The position numbers and the translations under genes are program-made. Shown in pieces: positions 62,601 to 64,000 of a DNA stretch of 64,000 nucleotides. The first letter of the stretch is position 1; each line of letters begins with the position of its first letter. The DNA is taken from NCBI GenBank assembly GCA_965240325.2, contig OZ251228.1, forward strand, positions 992,001 to 1,056,000. Reading direction: 5' to 3'. Origin of the DNA: Rebecca billardiae RCC1528. Its lineage: Eukaryota > Protista > Haptophyta. Below the pieces are notes generated by a model. That model saw only the letters and a list, made by a program, of their open reading frames with translations. It searched no databases and was not told where the DNA came from.

Positions 62601-64000
62601 ATCCGCACCGCCACGTCTCGCGCACTTCGAAGCCCACCGCGCCCATCCCACCAGCGCACGGGCGCACGGGCGCACGGGCGCACGGGCGCGCCGGGTGGGC
62701 GGCGCGCCACCAGCCTCAGCTCGGATATGGGCATCGAGGCGCGCCAAGCGCTCGAGTGGCGGAACTTGACGGTGCTGGCAGCAGCCGTACTCGAGCGCGC
62801 TCGAGCCGTGCCCGTGCGAGCCGACGGTATCCGCACCGCCACGTCTCGCGCACTTCGAAGCCCACCGCGCCCATCCCACCAGCGCACGGGCGCACGGGCG
62901 CACGGGCGCACGGGCGCACGGGCGCGCCGGGTGGGCGGCGCGCCACCAGCCCCAGCTCGGATATGGGCATCGAGGCGCGCCAAGCGCTCGAGTGGCGGAA
63001 CTTGACGGTGCTGGCAGCAGCCGTACTCGGGCGCGCTCGAGCCGTGCCCGTGCGAGCCGACGGTATCCGCACCGCCACGTCTCGCGCACTTCGAAGCCCA
63101 CCGCGCCCATCCCACCAGCGCACGGGCGCACGGGCGCACGGGCGCACCGGCGCGCCGGGTGGGCGGCGCGCCACCAGCCTCAGCTCGGATATGGGCATCG
63201 AGGCGCGCCAAGCGCTCGAGTGGCGGCATTGTGACGGTGCTGGCGGCAGCCGTACTCGAGCGCGCTCGAGCCGTGCCCGTGCGAGCCGACGGTATCCGCA
63301 CCGCCACGTCTCGCGCACTTCGAAGCCCACCGCGCCCATCCCACCAGCGCACGGGCGCACGGGCGCACGGGCGCACGGGCGCGCCGGGTGGGCGGCGCGC
63401 CACCAGCCTCAGCTCGGATATGGGCATCGAGGCGCGCCAAGCGCTCGAGTGGCGGCATTGTGACGGTGCTGGCGGCAGCCGTACTCGAGCGCGCTCGAGC
63501 CGTGCCCGTGCGAGCCGACGGTATCCGCACCGCCACGTCTCGCGCACTTCGAAGCCCACCGCGCCCATCCCACCAGCGCACGGGCGCACGGGCGCACGGG
63601 CGCACGGGCGCACGGGCGCGCCGGGTGGGCGGCGCGCGACCAGCCTCAGCTCGGATATGGGGATCGAGGCGCGCCAAGCGCTCGTGTGGCGGCACTTGAC
63701 GGTGCTGGCAGCAGCCGTACTCGAGCGCGCTCGAGCCGTGCCCGTGCGAGCCGACGGTATCCGCACCGCCACGTCTCGCGCACTTCGAAGCCCACCGCGC
63801 CCATCCCACCAGCGCACGGGCGCACGGGCGCACGGGCGCACGGGCGCGCCGGGTGGGCGGCGCGCCACCAGCCTCAGCTCGGATATGGGCATCGAGGCGC
63901 GCCAAGCGCTCGAGTGGCGGAACTTGACGGTGCTGGCAGCAGCCGTACTCGGGCGCGCTCGAGCCGTGCCCGTGCGAGCCGACGGTATCCGCACCGCCAC
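20686..64000. repeat. Tandem satellite array, modal monomer 228 bp (common variants 224/229/236/237), ~187 copies, single orientation, runs off the right edge
   Basis: The monomer ...CAGCCTCAGCTCGGATATGGG[C/G]ATCGAGGCGCGCCAAGCGCTCG[A/T]GTGGCGG...GACGGTATCCGCACCGCCACGTCTCGCGCACTTCGAAGCCCACC...(GCGCACGG)n repeats head-to-tail; I saw no foreign insertion. Confidence 0.98.

Noticed and set aside
20686-64000. Hundreds of long ORFs (up to 1667 aa) in the array, including the protein-like frame MGIEARQALEWRNLTVLAAAVLERA
   Set aside because: They are open in several frames on both strands because the monomer is GC-rich and 228 = 76 codons. The frequent 224/229/236-bp variants shift frames freely, so there is no sign of coding constraint. 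A remote coding origin cannot be excluded.
20686-64000. CRISPR array, or tandem tRNA/5S/snRNA gene array
   Set aside because: There are no unique spacers and no cas genes; I recognised no cloverleaf, Pol III boxes with poly-T terminator, or Sm site

Overview
Very GC-rich eukaryotic DNA with short GT-AG introns; a haptophyte-like microalga is my inference only. There are two zones. (1) 1-20.7 kb: a ~7.7-kb tandem segmental duplication (periods 7683-7749 bp) carrying a 3-exon Ser/Thr kinase gene and a rearranged 3' fragment of the neighbouring intronless exportin-6-like gene (14863-18351, -). The unit junctions hold stacks of a ~46-bp Tc1/mariner-style terminal repeat (TA|CAGTTTACTAAGAATAAGAGACGCACACAGCTCAGGCAGGCGAGA), with a TACAGTA footprint-like remnant. 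The full unit 1265-8753 therefore looks like a gene-carrying non-autonomous ('Pack') transposon. At the same microsatellite site in each copy sits a small element with conserved asymmetric ends (GNA-triloop hairpin, TGTCTA/TAGACA inverted arms, GAGGACG direct repeats). The two elements have different interiors and opposite orientations; this is the most unusual observation. Two long foldback inverted repeats and a truncated WD40-repeat gene follow. (2) 20686-64000 and beyond: one uninterrupted, single-orientation satellite array of ~228-237-bp monomers (~187 copies by length estimate) with higher-order repeats, a candidate centromeric or subtelomeric satellite. It begins abruptly inside the WD40 coding sequence. 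The ORFs called inside the array are artefacts.
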